From an uncultured Sphingomonadaceae bacterium (GTDB taxonomy: Bacteria > Pseudomonadota > Alphaproteobacteria > Sphingomonadales > Sphingomonadaceae): a stretch of 64,000 nt of DNA. A program made the translations under genes and the position numbers. The notes beneath the pieces were generated by a model, which was not told where the DNA came from, did not search any database, and worked only from the letters and a program-made list of their open reading frames with translations. The stretch lies in the NCBI GenBank assembly GCA_964245585.1, contig CAXTMX010000005.1, forward strand, positions 23 to 64,022, written 5' to 3'. The first letter of the stretch is position 1. Each line of letters starts with the position of its first letter. Shown here one piece after another: positions 11,538-25,712 of this stretch.

Positions 11538-14471
11538 ATGGGCATCGACACATTGGACCTGCGTGACGTCGAGGGTGTCAGCCCGTCGTTCATCGAGGCG
11601 CTCTATCGGCGTTATGCCGCTGATCCGTCGGCAGTCGAGCCGGGCTGGCGGCACTGGTTCGAGGGTTTCGAAAGCGCGCTGAGCGGGCCGAGCTGGGCGC
11701 GTCCCGACTGGCCGCCGGCCGATACCGACGAGCTCACCGCCGCGCTCGATCCGACCCAGATGGCGGTCGCGCCGAAACCGGCAAAGTCTGCGCCTCCCGC
11801 CGCCGTGGCCGCGGCCGCGCCGCCGGCCGCCGCGCCCGACACTGCGGCGTTGGCGAAAGCCGCATCGGACTCGATCCAGGCGATGCTGCTGATCCGTACG
11901 TATCGCGTGCGCGGCCATCTCGCTGCCGATCTCGATCCGCTCGGCATGGCCAAGCGCGCGCTGCCCGCCGACCTCACTCCCGAATATCACGGCTTCACCG
12001 GTGCCGACCTCGATCGCCCGATCTATCTCGGCGGCGTGATTGGGGCCGAGCGCGCGACGGTGCGCGAGATCGTCGAGATCCTTCAGCGCAACTACTGCGG
12101 CCATGTCGGCCTCGAATATATGCACATCGGCGATACCGAGGAGCGTCGCTTCCTCGAGAATCGGATGGAAGGCAAGGACAAGGAGATCAGCTTCACGCCC
12201 GAGGGCAAGAAGGCGATCATCTCCAAGGTGATCCAGGCCGAGCAGTACGAGAAGTTCCTCGGCCGCAAATATGTCGGCACCAAGCGGTTTGGGCTCGACG
12301 GCGGCGAGGCGATGATCCCCGCGCTCGAGAGCGTGATCAAATATGGCGGGCAGCAGGGCGTACGCGAGATCGTGCTCGGCATGCCGCATCGCGGCCGGCT
12401 CAACGTGCTCGCCAACTTCATGGCCAAGCCGTTCCGCGCGATCTTTAACGAATTCGCCGGGGGCTCGTCCAATCCCGAGGACGTCGGCGGCTCGGGCGAT
12501 GTCAAATATCATCTCGGCACCTCGACGGACCGCGAGTTCGACGGGATCAAGGTCCATATGTCGCTTGCCGCCAACCCCAGCCACCTGGAGGCGGTCGATC
12601 CGGTCGTGCTCGGCAAGGCGCGCGCCAAGCAGACCAAGATCGACGACATCAAGCGCGAGAGCGTGCTGCCGATCCTGCTCCACGGCGACGCGGCTTTTGC
12701 CGGCCAGGGTATCATCATGGAATGCTTCGGCTTTTCCGGCCTGCCGGGCTACAACACCGGCGGCACGCTCCATTTCGTCGTCAACAACCAGGTCGGCTTC
12801 ACCACCAGCCCGCAGTTCGCGCGCTCGTCGCCTTATCCGTCGGACATCGCCAAGATGGTCCAGGCGCCGATCCTCCACGTCAACGGCGACGATCCCGAGG
12901 CGGTGACCTTCGCCTGCAAGGTCGCCACCGAATTCCGCCAGACGTTCAAGCGCGACGTCGTCATCGACATGTGGTGCTATCGCCGCTTCGGGCATAACGA
13001 GGGCGACGAGCCGAGCTTCACCCAGCCGCTGATGTACGACGAGATCCGCCAGCACCCCCCGGTTTCTGCCATCTATGCCGAGCGCCTCAAGGCCGAGGGC
13101 GTGGTCGACGATAGCTGGCTCAAGGAAAGCGCAGACAATTTCGTCGCGACGCTCGAAGAGGAGTTCGAGGCGGCCAAGAGCTACCGCCCGAACAAGGCCG
13201 ACTGGTTCGGCGGCGACTGGCACGGGCTGTCGGCGCCGAGCGAGGCCATGACCGAGCGCCGCGCCGCCACCACCGGCGTCGCGCCGGACAAGATCGCCGC
13301 GCTCGGCCAGGTGCTCACCGCGCCGCCGGCCGACCTCACGATCCACAAGACGCTGGCGCGCATCCTCGACGCGAAACAGGCGATGTTCGACACCGGCGAA
13401 GGATTCGACTGGGCAACCGCCGAGGCGCTCGCGTTCGGGACGCTGCTCCAGGAAGGCTATGGCGTGCGGCTGTCGGGTCAGGATTCGGGCCGCGGCACGT
13501 TCAGCCAGCGTCACGCGGTGTGGGTCGACCAGAAGGACGGACACAAATACATCCCGCTGTCGGCGCTCGATCGCAAGTTCCAGGTGCTCGACAGCCCCTT
13601 GTCCGAATTCGGCGTGCTCGGGTTCGAATATGGCTATTCCTCGGCCGCGCCGAAGACCTTGGTTCTGTGGGAGGCGCAGTTCGGCGACTTCGCCAACGGC
13701 GCGCAGGTGATCATCGATCAGTTCATCGCCGCGGGCGAAGCCAAGTGGCTGCGCGCCAACGGGCTGGTGATGCTGCTGCCGCACGGTTACGAAGGGCAGG
13801 GGCCCGAGCATAGCTCGGCGCGGCTCGAGCGCTATCTCCAGCTGTGCGCCGAAGACAATATGCAGGTCGCCAACTGCACCACCCCGGCGAACTATTACCA
13901 CCTGTTGCGCCGCCAGATGCACCGCGATTTCCGCAAGCCGCTGATCGTGATGACGCCCAAGTCGCTGCTCCGCCACAAGTCGGCAGTGTCGACGATCGAC
14001 GAGCTTACCGGCGACAGCCACTTCAAGCGCATCCTGTCCGATCCGGCCCCGCCGGCCGACGCCGACGTGCGCCGGCTGGTGCTATGCTCGGGCAAGCTCG
14101 CCTACGAATTGATCGACGCGCGCGACGCGGCCGGCGACAAGACCACCTCGATCGTGCGGATCGAGCAGCTCTATCCGTTCCCGTGCGACGCGCTGGTCGT
14201 CCGGCTCAAGCGGATGACCAACCTCGAGACGCTTGTCTGGGCGCAGGAGGAACCGAAGAACGCCGGTTCCTGGTCGTTCGTCGAAAGCATCCTCGAGGAA
14301 TGCCTCGGCGAGACCGCGCTCAAGCCGCGCCGTGCCCAATACGCCGGGCGCGCCGCGGGCGCGGCCACCGCGACCGGGCTCGCCAAACGTCACCAGCTCG
14401 AGCAGGCGGCGCTGATCGCGCAAGCGCTCGGGCATCTGTCCGAAGGGCCGGCGCTGCGCAAGGCGGGGTGA
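11538..14471 (+). CDS. sucA: 2-oxoglutarate dehydrogenase E1
   Basis: KRFGLDGGE, GMPHRGRLN, GDVKYHLG, HGDAAFAGQG, WEAQFGDFAN and HSSARLER. Confidence 0.98.
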   Translation: MGIDTLDLRDVEGVSPSFIEALYRRYAADPSAVEPGWRHWFEGFESALSGPSWARPDWPPADTDELTAALDPTQMAVAPKPAKSAPPAAVAAAAPPAAAPDTAALAKAASDSIQAMLLIRTYRVRGHLAADLDPLGMAKRALPADLTPEYHGFTGADLDRPIYLGGVIGAERATVREIVEILQRNYCGHVGLEYMHIGDTEERRFLENRMEGKDKEISFTPEGKKAIISKVIQAEQYEKFLGRKYVGTKRFGLDGGEAMIPALESVIKYGGQQGVREIVLGMPHRGRLNVLANFMAKPFRAIFNEFAGGSSNPEDVGGSGDVKYHLGTSTDREFDGIKVHMSLAANPSHLEAVDPVVLGKARAKQTKIDDIKRESVLPILLHGDAAFAGQGIIMECFGFSGLPGYNTGGTLHFVVNNQVGFTTSPQFARSSPYPSDIAKMVQAPILHVNGDDPEAVTFACKVATEFRQTFKRDVVIDMWCYRRFGHNEGDEPSFTQPLMYDEIRQHPPVSAIYAERLKAEGVVDDSWLKESADNFVATLEEEFEAAKSYRPNKADWFGGDWHGLSAPSEAMTERRAATTGVAPDKIAALGQVLTAPPADLTIHKTLARILDAKQAMFDTGEGFDWATAEALAFGTLLQEGYGVRLSGQDSGRGTFSQRHAVWVDQKDGHKYIPLSALDRKFQVLDSPLSEFGVLGFEYGYSSAAPKTLVLWEAQFGDFANGAQVIIDQFIAAGEAKWLRANGLVMLLPHGYEGQGPEHSSARLERYLQLCAEDNMQVANCTTPANYYHLLRRQMHRDFRKPLIVMTPKSLLRHKSAVSTIDELTGDSHFKRILSDPAPPADADVRRLVLCSGKLAYELIDARDAAGDKTTSIVRIEQLYPFPCDALVVRLKRMTNLETLVWAQEEPKNAGSWSFVESILEECLGETALKPRRAQYAGRAAGAATATGLAKRHQLEQAALIAQALGHLSEGPALRKAG

Positions 14472-14490
14472 CGCGCGTCCCAATCCAGAT

Positions 14491-14575
14491 CCGTTCGGGC
14501 TGAGCCTGTCGAAGCCCTTTCCTTCTGTTTGACGGAGGAAGAAAAGAGGCACTTCGACAAGCTCAGTGCGAACGG
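14491..14575. repeat. REP-like palindromic intergenic element related to 8279-8350
   Basis: CCGTTCGGGCTGAGCCTGTCGAAGCCC...GCACTTCGACAAGCTCAGTGCGAACGG inverted arms. Confidence 0.8.
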
Positions 14576-14613
14576 TCAACTGATCACACTGGCCAGACTT
14601 TCAAGGACCGATC

Positions 14614-15873
<1,260 letters not shown>

Positions 15874-15888
15874 TCCAACCGCTGCGCA

Positions 15889-16269
15889 GTGCCCCTGCGA
15901 AAGCAGGGGCCCAGAATGGAGAGCGACACGAAAGTCGGCTACGTCTACATCATGGCGAGCAAGCGCAACGGCACGCTGTACGTCGGGGTGACCAGCGATT
16001 TGATCGGTCGGATTTACAGCCACCGCGAAAAGCTGGTTACGGGCTTTTCGAAAAAATATAATTGTACGCTGCTTGTCTGGTTCGAAGCACATACCGATCT
16101 GCAAGCCGCGCGGCTTCGCGAATTGCAGATGAAGAAATGGAAGCGGGCGTGGAAGCTTGAGCTGATCGAACAACGCAACCCGCAATGGAAGGATTTGTGG
16201 GCGGAGATCGTCCGTCCGTAATCCCACCGAAAGAGCGTAGGAACTGGGCTCCTGCGTTCGCAGGAGCAC
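15889..16269. mobile_element. GIY-YIG gene bracketed by two inverted 26-bp palindromic (REP-like) units
   Basis: Left unit 15889-15914 GTGCCCCTGCGAAAGCAGGGGCCCAG. Right unit 16244-16269 CTGGGCTCCTGCGTTCGCAGGAGCAC, whose reverse complement matches the left at 23/26. The interior is AT-richer than the flanks. Confidence 0.7.
15916..16221 (+). CDS. Small GIY-YIG nuclease (UPF0213/YhbQ-like)
   Basis: YVYIMASKRNGTLYVGVTSDL..R...H, FSKKY, LVWFE and RELQMKKWKRAWKLELIEQRNP. Confidence 0.92.
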   Translation: MESDTKVGYVYIMASKRNGTLYVGVTSDLIGRIYSHREKLVTGFSKKYNCTLLVWFEAHTDLQAARLRELQMKKWKRAWKLELIEQRNPQWKDLWAEIVRP

Positions 16270-16282
16270 ATTGGAGTTTGCA

Positions 16283-18795
<2,513 letters not shown>

Positions 18796-18934
18796 ATTTT
18801 GAGGGCAGGTGACCGACCGAGATCGACGGTCAGACGACAGGCCGCTTGGGAATGATTGCGATAACTGCCATTGCGGCCGCCGCTGCCCTAAGTCAGAATA
18901 ATTTTCCTATAAGACACTGAAGGCTATCGCCAGA

Positions 18935-19411
18935 ATGCTTGCAAACGGGATCGCGACGATGTTGACGATGGTAATGCTTGCCGCAACTGCCGTAGCGACA
19001 TCGGTGGAATCGACCCCTCTTTTCGACAAAGGCATTTGGGAAAAAGGCCTTTATTTGAAGCCATCAGCGGAAATAGGGAAAAGGGAAACGCATCAGAACA
19101 TCACGCATGATGTTACCGTGTGTCACACTGCCCCACCGCCAAATGATGATGCCCTTTTCTTCATGCCGGCGATGCACAAATATTGTACGGCAAAAAGCAT
19201 TAGTACGAGCGATGGGTAGGCTTCGTTTAGCGCAACATGCCGATTATGCGAAAATAGAACTCTTGAGCTGGATGGCCACGGGAACTATGCGCAAAGGAAA
19301 TACAAGATTTTCGTCACTGGATTTGTTGTTAAAGACGGAGTGAGCATTCCTTATAGTGGCGAGGTTTACGGTCGCCGAACGTCATCCTGCTCGGAGCGGC
19401 AGATTCATTGA
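18935..19411 (+). pseudogene. AT-rich exported protein gene (DUF3617-like Cys pattern) interrupted by an in-frame TAG at 19217-19219
   Basis: Signal-peptide-like start and KGIWE motif. Reading through the TAG continues for 63 sense codons (ASFSATC...GHGNY...GRRTSSC) to TGA 19409-19411. Family assignment is by pattern only. Confidence 0.5.
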
Positions 19412-19580
19412 GCTCCTTCGCATTGAGCAACAAGTCTGATTGATCGTTAGAGTTCGCGTATAACCGCAGCACAGCGACCAGGAACGCACGATCGCTTCGA
19501 GACGGAAACGTACATCGCCTCAACATCAACTTCTGGATCAGAAGGCGACATTTCGGCGGCGATGGTACTGTTAGGTCGGC

Positions 19581-20957
<1,377 letters not shown>

Positions 20958-21042
20958 AAGCGGTCCGGAAAAAAGCGCGTCGAAAGCGACGGTCGCTGCC
21001 TGCGCGCTTGCGCAGTGCCGAGGCACTTTGTCAAGGTTGGCG

Positions 21043-21483
21043 CTAGCGACGGCCGTCAGGGACGAGCTTGCGGAAGCGTTCGATCTGGCATTCGCCGCCC
21101 GAGCGCGCGTGGATGCTGTCGCGGTCGGCGCAGATGCGGCCGTCCTTGGTCGGCACCAGATAGAAGCCCGAATAGAAATCGAGTGCCGGGCATTCGCTCT
21201 CGAGCTCGGCGCGGATTCGCGCTCCGCCGCGCAGGATCATGTCGACGCTGTCGGGCGCGCTGATCGCGGCGCCGGCGACCTTGCCCAGTTCGATGCAGCG
21301 CGCGCCCCGCTTCTCGCGCCAGCGCGCAGGCGGATCGGGCGCGCGGCGCGGGATCGGCACGCGCACGATCAGCCGCTCGCGGATGATCACCTCGGTCAGC
21401 GCCAGCTCGATCCCGTCGGCATCCTTGGGCCGCGCGGCGGGCGCGGCGGCGATCAGCAGCGCGAGCGAAGCCGTGAAGATCAT
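21043..21483 (-). CDS. Hypothetical exported protein
   Basis: Signal peptide MIFTASLALLIAAAPAA, four Cys and host-like codon usage. Confidence 0.7.
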   Translation of the reverse strand: MIFTASLALLIAAAPAARPKDADGIELALTEVIIRERLIVRVPIPRRAPDPPARWREKRGARCIELGKVAGAAISAPDSVDMILRGGARIRAELESECPALDFYSGFYLVPTKDGRICADRDSIHARSGGECQIERFRKLVPDGRR

Positions 21484-21578
21484 GCGGTGCTGTCCATGAC
21501 GCGCAATTGCCTTCCTCGCCGCGGGTTGAACGAGCGATTAATTGCCTGCCCGACCGGGCCTTCGTCTATAGGGTGGCG

Positions 21579-23054
21579 ATGGCCGAGGTCCCCGACGAAA
21601 TATTGCTCGCGCGGCTGGCCGAGCGGCTCGGCGCGCGGGGCTTCACCCGCGACCCCGACGCGATGGCGCCGTGGCTGACCGACTGGCGCGGCAACATCAC
21701 CGGGCGCGCCGCGGCGCTGCTCTCGCCGGCCGATCGCGAGGAGGTCGCGTTCGCGGTCGCCGCGGCGGCGCGGGCGCGGGTCGCGATCGTGCCGCAGGGC
21801 GGGAACACTTCGATGGTCGCCGGGGCCACCCCGTCGGGCGACGGACGCGCGCTGCTGCTGTCGCTGCGGCGGATGCGCGCGATCCGCTCGGTCTCGCCGG
21901 CGGACAATCTGCTCGTCGCCGAGGCCGGCGCGATCCTGGCGGACGTCCACGATGCGGCTGAGGCGGCGGGGCGGCGCTTTCCGCTGTCGCTTGCGGCCAA
22001 GGGCTCGGCCACGGTCGGCGGGCTCGTCTCGACCAATGCGGGGGGCACGCAGGTGCTGCGCTTCGGCACGATGCGCGCGCTGCTGCTCGGGATCGAGGCG
22101 GTGCTGCCCGACGGATCGCTGTTCGATGGGCTGTCCGCGCTGCGCAAGGACAATCGCGGCTACGATCTGCGCCAGCTGCTCGCCGGGGCGGAAGGGACGC
22201 TCGGCGTGATCACCGCGGCGAGCCTGCGGCTGGTCCCGGCGGCGGCGCAGCGCGCGGTCGCGTGGGTCGGCCTCGCGTCGCCGGACGATGCGCTGCGGCT
22301 GCTGCGCCGGCTCGAGGCGGCGACCGGCGATGCGGTGGAGAGCTTCGAGCTCGTTCCGGACGACGGGCTCGATCTGGTGCTGCGGCACATCGCGGGAACG
22401 CGCGCGCCGCTGGCGCAGGCGCACCGCTGGCATGTGCTGGTCGAGGCGGTGGCACCGGCGGGCGCGGCCGATCCCGCCGTCGCGCTGGGCGAGGCGTTGG
22501 GCGCGGCGGCGGCCGATGGCGCGATCGAGGATGCGACGCTGGCGGCGAACGAGACCCAGGCCGAGGCGCTGTGGCGGCTGCGCGAGAGCCTGTCGGAGGC
22601 CGAGCGGATCGACGGCGTCGCCGCCAAGCATGACGTGTCCGTCCCGGTCTCGGCAATGCCCGGCTTTATGGAGCGGGCGCGCTTGGCGGTCGAAGCGGCG
22701 TTCGCCGGCGCGCGGGTGATCGCGTTCGGCCATCTCGGCGACGGCAATGTCCATTTCAACGTCCGCGCGCCGGCGGGGACGGGGGATCGCACGTGGATCG
22801 CCGCTCATGGCCCGGCGGTCACCCGGCTGGTTCACGATCTTGTCACGGCCGCCGGCGGGTCGATCTCGGCCGAGCACGGCATCGGCCAGCTCAAGCTCGC
22901 CGAGTTTGCGCGGCTGGCCGATCCGGCGCGGCTGAGCGCGCTGCGGGCGATCAAGGCGGCGCTCGATCCGCACGGGATCATGAATCCGGGCAAGCTCGTC
23001 CCGCCCTCCGGCCCGGTTCCGGCAAGCCTTGCCGAAGCTTCGTCCGCACCATAG
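21579..23054 (+). CDS. FAD-binding oxidoreductase (D-2-hydroxyacid dehydrogenase/GlcD type)
   Basis: PQGGNTS, STNAGG, KDNRGYDL, GAEGTLG, GHLGDGNVH, SAEHGIG and MNPGK. Confidence 0.92.
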   Translation: MAEVPDEILLARLAERLGARGFTRDPDAMAPWLTDWRGNITGRAAALLSPADREEVAFAVAAAARARVAIVPQGGNTSMVAGATPSGDGRALLLSLRRMRAIRSVSPADNLLVAEAGAILADVHDAAEAAGRRFPLSLAAKGSATVGGLVSTNAGGTQVLRFGTMRALLLGIEAVLPDGSLFDGLSALRKDNRGYDLRQLLAGAEGTLGVITAASLRLVPAAAQRAVAWVGLASPDDALRLLRRLEAATGDAVESFELVPDDGLDLVLRHIAGTRAPLAQAHRWHVLVEAVAPAGAADPAVALGEALGAAAADGAIEDATLAANETQAEALWRLRESLSEAERIDGVAAKHDVSVPVSAMPGFMERARLAVEAAFAGARVIAFGHLGDGNVHFNVRAPAGTGDRTWIAAHGPAVTRLVHDLVTAAGGSISAEHGIGQLKLAEFARLADPARLSALRAIKAALDPHGIMNPGKLVPPSGPVPASLAEASSAP

Positions 23055-23086
23055 AGCGCGAGCGCAAATTTTTTGGGAGACGGCTG

Positions 23087-23866
23087 ATGGCGAGTGCTGC
23101 GGACAACGGCCTGCCGCTGTTCTACAACGAGCTTCAGCCGCTTTCGAGCGGGCCCCATGGCGCCTGGCGCGCGCGGCACGTCGATTCGGCGCCGTTCCTC
23201 GCCACCGCGCACGCGATCCCGCTGACGATCGACGAATTCATCCTGGCGCAGCGCGATTTCCCGATCGTCTTCTCGGTCGGCGAAAATCCGGTGCCGCTGG
23301 CGCTGATGGGGCTCAACGAGGGCGTCAACGTGTTCGTCGATGCCGAAGGCAAGCTCAACGAGCAGGTCTATGTGCCGGCCTATGTCCGCCGCTACCCGTT
23401 CATGCTCGCCAAGCTGCGACCCGACGGCGACGAACTGTCGCTGTGCTTCGATCCGACGAGCGAGGCGATCGGTCCGTTCGACGAGGGCGATCCGCTGTTC
23501 GACGGCACCGCGCCGAGCGAGACGGTCAAGCAGATCCTGGGCTTTTGCGAGCAGTTCGAGACCGCGGGGCAGCGGACCGCCGCGTTCGTCAAGGAGCTGG
23601 CCGACGCCAAGCTGCTGATCGACGGCGAGGTCTCGATCCAGCCCGAGGGCAGCGATCAGCCGTTCGTCTATCGCGGTTTCCAGATGGTGTCGGAGGACGC
23701 GCTGCGCGAGCTGCGTGGCGACGTCGCACGCAAGATGATCCAGTCGGGGCTGCTCGGGCTGGTCTTTGCCCACCTGTTCTCGCTCTCGCTGGTGCGCGAC
23801 GTATTCGGGCGGCAGATGGCGCAGGGCAAGGTGCCGATCCAGGTGCCGCAGCCGGCGAACTCCTGA
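23087..23866 (+). CDS. SapC family protein
   Basis: PLFY, IPLTIDEF, FPIVF, ALMGL, YVPAYVRRYPF and AHLFSL motifs. Confidence 0.85.
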   Translation: MASAADNGLPLFYNELQPLSSGPHGAWRARHVDSAPFLATAHAIPLTIDEFILAQRDFPIVFSVGENPVPLALMGLNEGVNVFVDAEGKLNEQVYVPAYVRRYPFMLAKLRPDGDELSLCFDPTSEAIGPFDEGDPLFDGTAPSETVKQILGFCEQFETAGQRTAAFVKELADAKLLIDGEVSIQPEGSDQPFVYRGFQMVSEDALRELRGDVARKMIQSGLLGLVFAHLFSLSLVRDVFGRQMAQGKVPIQVPQPANS

Positions 23867-23904
23867 AGCCGTCTTGCTTATCGGCGTTTCGCTTCGATAG
23901 TTGC

Positions 23905-23933
23905 TTGAAACCTTTTCCAGCCCGGCCTATTTA
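23905..23933 (+). promoter_or_regulatory. Sigma70-type promoter of the sRNA
   Basis: TTGAAA (23905-23910), 17 nt spacer, TATTTA (23928-23933). This resembles the alphaproteobacterial CTTGAC-N17-CTATAT consensus. Confidence 0.6.
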
Positions 23934-23939
23934 ACTCGT

Positions 23940-24043
23940 GATGCCGGGCGTGGCCCCCTTTGCGTCCGGGCATTACGCACCCTCGGGTGCGTTCCTCCCT
24001 GAACCTTGGCCACCTCGCGCCGCAATGCGCGAGGTGGTTTTTT
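23940..24043 (+). ncRNA. MmgR/SuhB (alpha-r8)-like small RNA
   Basis: Anti-SD core TTCCTCCCT followed by an intrinsic terminator (CCACCTCGCG...CGCGAGGTGG-T6). Its position beside N-formylglutamate amidohydrolase and cpdR matches known mmgR synteny. Confidence 0.75.
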
Positions 24044-24884
24044 ATTCGGCGGCGAGCATCGCCGGCTGCGCCTCGCGCTCGAGCGCCCGCACCGCGGCGG
24101 CAACGAAGCGGGCGAGATGCGCCAGGCCGGGAGCCGGCGCGCGCAATCCCGCGACGAGATAGAGCGATCGGTCGACTTCGAGCTGGATCGCGTGCCGGCC
24201 GGCGGCAGGATTGCCGTGGCGCTCGGTGATATAGCCTCCGGCATACGGGGTGTTGCGCGCCAGCGGCAGCCCCGCAGCCTTCGCCTCATGCTCGACCGCC
24301 GCCACGAACCGCGCATCGGCGCTGCGCCCGTGGCGATCGCCGAGCACGATGCCGCTCGCCGCCGGCGGCATCGAATGGACGTCGAGCAGCACGGCGATGC
24401 CGAAACGCGCCTGTGCCGCGGCGAGCAGAGCCGCCAAGGCCGCGTGCCATGCGCGATGATCGCCGGCGACGCGCGCGGCGACGTCGCGCGCGTCGAGCCG
24501 CGCGCGATAGATTTCCCCTGCGCCGCCGATACGCCGCGGGATGAGCCCGAGCCCGCCGCGCATCCGGGCGGTCGACAGGCAATCGAGCGGCGCGGGTCCC
24601 TCGACCATGGCCGAATCGATCTCGCGCTCGTCGCGATTGAGATCGATCCACGCGCGCGCGCGGCGCGCCACGAGAGCGGTCGCGCCGTTGGCGACCGCGG
24701 TATCGACCAGCCGGTCGGCGAAGCGGTCTTCGAGCGACTCGAGCTGTATGCGCGACAGGCGCGCGCTCGCAAGCAGCGCGGCGGGATAGTCGCGCCCGGC
24801 GTGCGGCACTGACAGTATGACCGGGGAAGCCGGAAGTTCTGGTCCGAGACGAACGAACGGTGGTTCCGGCGAGCGTGTGAGCAT
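24042..24884 (-). CDS. N-formylglutamate amidohydrolase
   Basis: SVPHAGRDYP, IDLNR, LLDVHSMP, NTPYAGGYIT and HAIQLEVDRSLY. Confidence 0.92.
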   Translation of the reverse strand: MLTRSPEPPFVRLGPELPASPVILSVPHAGRDYPAALLASARLSRIQLESLEDRFADRLVDTAVANGATALVARRARAWIDLNRDEREIDSAMVEGPAPLDCLSTARMRGGLGLIPRRIGGAGEIYRARLDARDVAARVAGDHRAWHAALAALLAAAQARFGIAVLLDVHSMPPAASGIVLGDRHGRSADARFVAAVEHEAKAAGLPLARNTPYAGGYITERHGNPAAGRHAIQLEVDRSLYLVAGLRAPAPGLAHLARFVAAAVRALEREAQPAMLAAE

Positions 24885-24992
24885 GATAGACCGCTAGAGC
24901 ATTTTCGCGGCGGCGGGAATCCGCCTGAATATTTCTTAAGAGCTTCTCGCCTAGCTGGCCGTGGCGGGAACGGTGGACGGAAGTACGGGCAG

Positions 24993-25370
24993 ATGATTCG
25001 AATCCTGCTGGCGGAAGATGATCGGTCGATGCGCGAATATCTTGCGCGCGCGCTCCATCGCGTCGGCTATGCGGTGACCGCGGTCGACCGCGGCACGGCG
25101 GCGATCCCGCTGCTCGAGGCGGAGACGTTCGATCTGCTGCTGACCGACATCGTCATGCCCGAGATGGACGGGATCGAGCTGGCGCAGCGCGCCGCCACGC
25201 TGGCGCCCGGCATGCGGGTGATGTTCATCACCGGCTTCGCCGCGGTGGCTTTGCGTAACGGCAGCACCCCGCCGCAGGCCAAGGTGCTGTCGAAGCCGTT
25301 CCACCTGCGCGACCTCGTCCTTGAGGTCGATCGGATGTTCGAGGTCGGCAGCGCGTCCGGGTCGAACTGA
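24993..25370 (+). CDS. cpdR: Single-domain response regulator CpdR
   Basis: [33 protein letters not shown] and LSKPFHLRDLV; located next to tRNA-Val. Confidence 0.9.
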   Translation: MIRILLAEDDRSMREYLARALHRVGYAVTAVDRGTAAIPLLEAETFDLLLTDIVMPEMDGIELAQRAATLAPGMRVMFITGFAAVALRNGSTPPQAKVLSKPFHLRDLVLEVDRMFEVGSASGSN

Positions 25371-25424
25371 CCGGGGCGCCGCGGGTTGCACAGGGTGCCA
25401 TGCCCGGCTAGAGACCCCGCCCGT

Positions 25425-25499
25425 GGGCGTGTAGCTCAGTGGTAGAGCACTGTGTTGACATCGCAGGGGTCGCAAGTTCAATCCTTGCCACGCCCACCA
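25425..25499 (+). tRNA. tRNA-Val(GAC)
   Basis: GGGCGTG acceptor stem, D-loop AGTGGTA, anticodon arm CTGTG-TTGACAT-CGCAG (GAC at 25457-25459), T-loop TTCAATC and a CCA end. Confidence 0.97.
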
Positions 25500-25503
25500 T
25501 CAT

Positions 25504-25539
25504 AAGCCTCGGAAAACTAAGCGTTTTCCGAGGCTTTTT
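25504..25539 (+). terminator. Intrinsic terminator after tRNA
   Basis: AAGCCTCGGAAAAC-TAAGC-GTTTTCCGAGGCTT perfect 14-bp stem followed by a T run. Confidence 0.8.
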
Positions 25540-25563
25540 GCCAGCTGGGGCGTTACCGTCTCA

Positions 25564-25634
25564 GTGCCAAATCGTGCCAAAAATCGGCCGTTTGCGCCCC
25601 GTTTTGCCTAACGGATTGGGCAAATTCTGGGCAC
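25564..25634. promoter_or_regulatory. Candidate integrase arm-type sites
   Basis: GTGCCAAA direct repeats at 25564 and 25574, with related inverted copies (TTGGGCAAATTCTGGGCAC), between the tRNA and the integrase. Confidence 0.4.
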
Positions 25635-25712
25635 GGCCATGGCGACCCCGTTTGAGGGCGTTCGCAAAGGGCAGCGCGCGCCGTCACCCGCGCTCCAGCT
25701 GGAGCGTATGAC

